Source of the DNA: Isurus oxyrinchus
Lineage: Eukaryota
Length of the DNA stretch: 64,000 nucleotides
Reading direction: 5' to 3'
NCBI GenBank assembly: GCA_026770705.1
Contig: JANJGN010000001.1
Coordinates: forward strand, 76,198,001 to 76,262,000
The notes beneath the pieces are model-generated. The model saw only the letters and a program-made list of their open reading frames with translations. It was not told the origin of the DNA and searched no databases. Positions 63,479 to 64,000 of the stretch are shown one piece after another (the stretch's first letter is position 1; every line of letters starts with the position of its first letter). Position numbers and translations under genes: made by a program.

Positions 63479-64000
63479 TTATTTCATTTGTGTTCAAGTG
63501 ACGTTTTACTGAGGATTGCCTTGCAGTTGATCCCAGATCATGTCAAATTTGGTTATGTTGTGATTGCTGTCTTCAGCTTATCACATCAAAGTTGTTGTTC
63601 CCCAGCTGTACCACTACTTATATTGCCAGAATGCTGTCTTTTTTAGCCATTATCATGCTCAGATGAGAGTTACCGTTCATGAATCTCAAACGAACTGGTT
63701 GAGAAAGTAGTCATATATTATAATTATGAGCTCTGATTCTGGACTGGTTGGGTAAAGATCCCATTAAAATTGTATTTCTGTTTGCAGATAATTTCTTTAC
63801 CATGTCATCTATCCTGTTTAATGTGATCTGGTGGGGTGTAGCAAGCCTCTGTAATTAGCTTTCTTTTCCTTTACAATTCATGCTTACGGCCTTACTACCT
63901 TTTGAAGTGTAGTTTCAGTTGATACTTAGCACCCAAAATGCATGCGCAGCTCCCACAGAAACAACAAATGTGCTGTATTGTAATGATCCCAGCTGATGTT

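Overview
Repeat-saturated vertebrate intronic DNA. The repeat repertoire (CR1, L2, RTE, Penelope, a Deu-type tRNA SINE, Harbinger) suggests a cartilaginous fish, by inference. Two short + strand coding exons of LRBA lie at 30010-30074 and 47570-47678; the rest is intron filled with nested, mostly decayed transposons. The most unusual object is at about 233-2638: a Gypsy-type gag-protease reading frame that runs directly into an intron-less N-terminal fragment of the nuclear-basket nucleoporin TPR, then into further unassigned coiled-coil-like sequence. No RT or integrase follows. The cassette is bounded by a short inverted repeat and sits inside a Harbinger remnant. Also notable: TSD-flanked fold-back mini-Penelope elements with hammerhead-ribozyme motifs (non-canonical core in younger copies), an RTE with twin-priming-type inversion, a full-length two-gene Harbinger and three solo LTRs. 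All homology calls are by eye from recalled sequences; no searches were run and repeat boundaries without a TSD are approximate.
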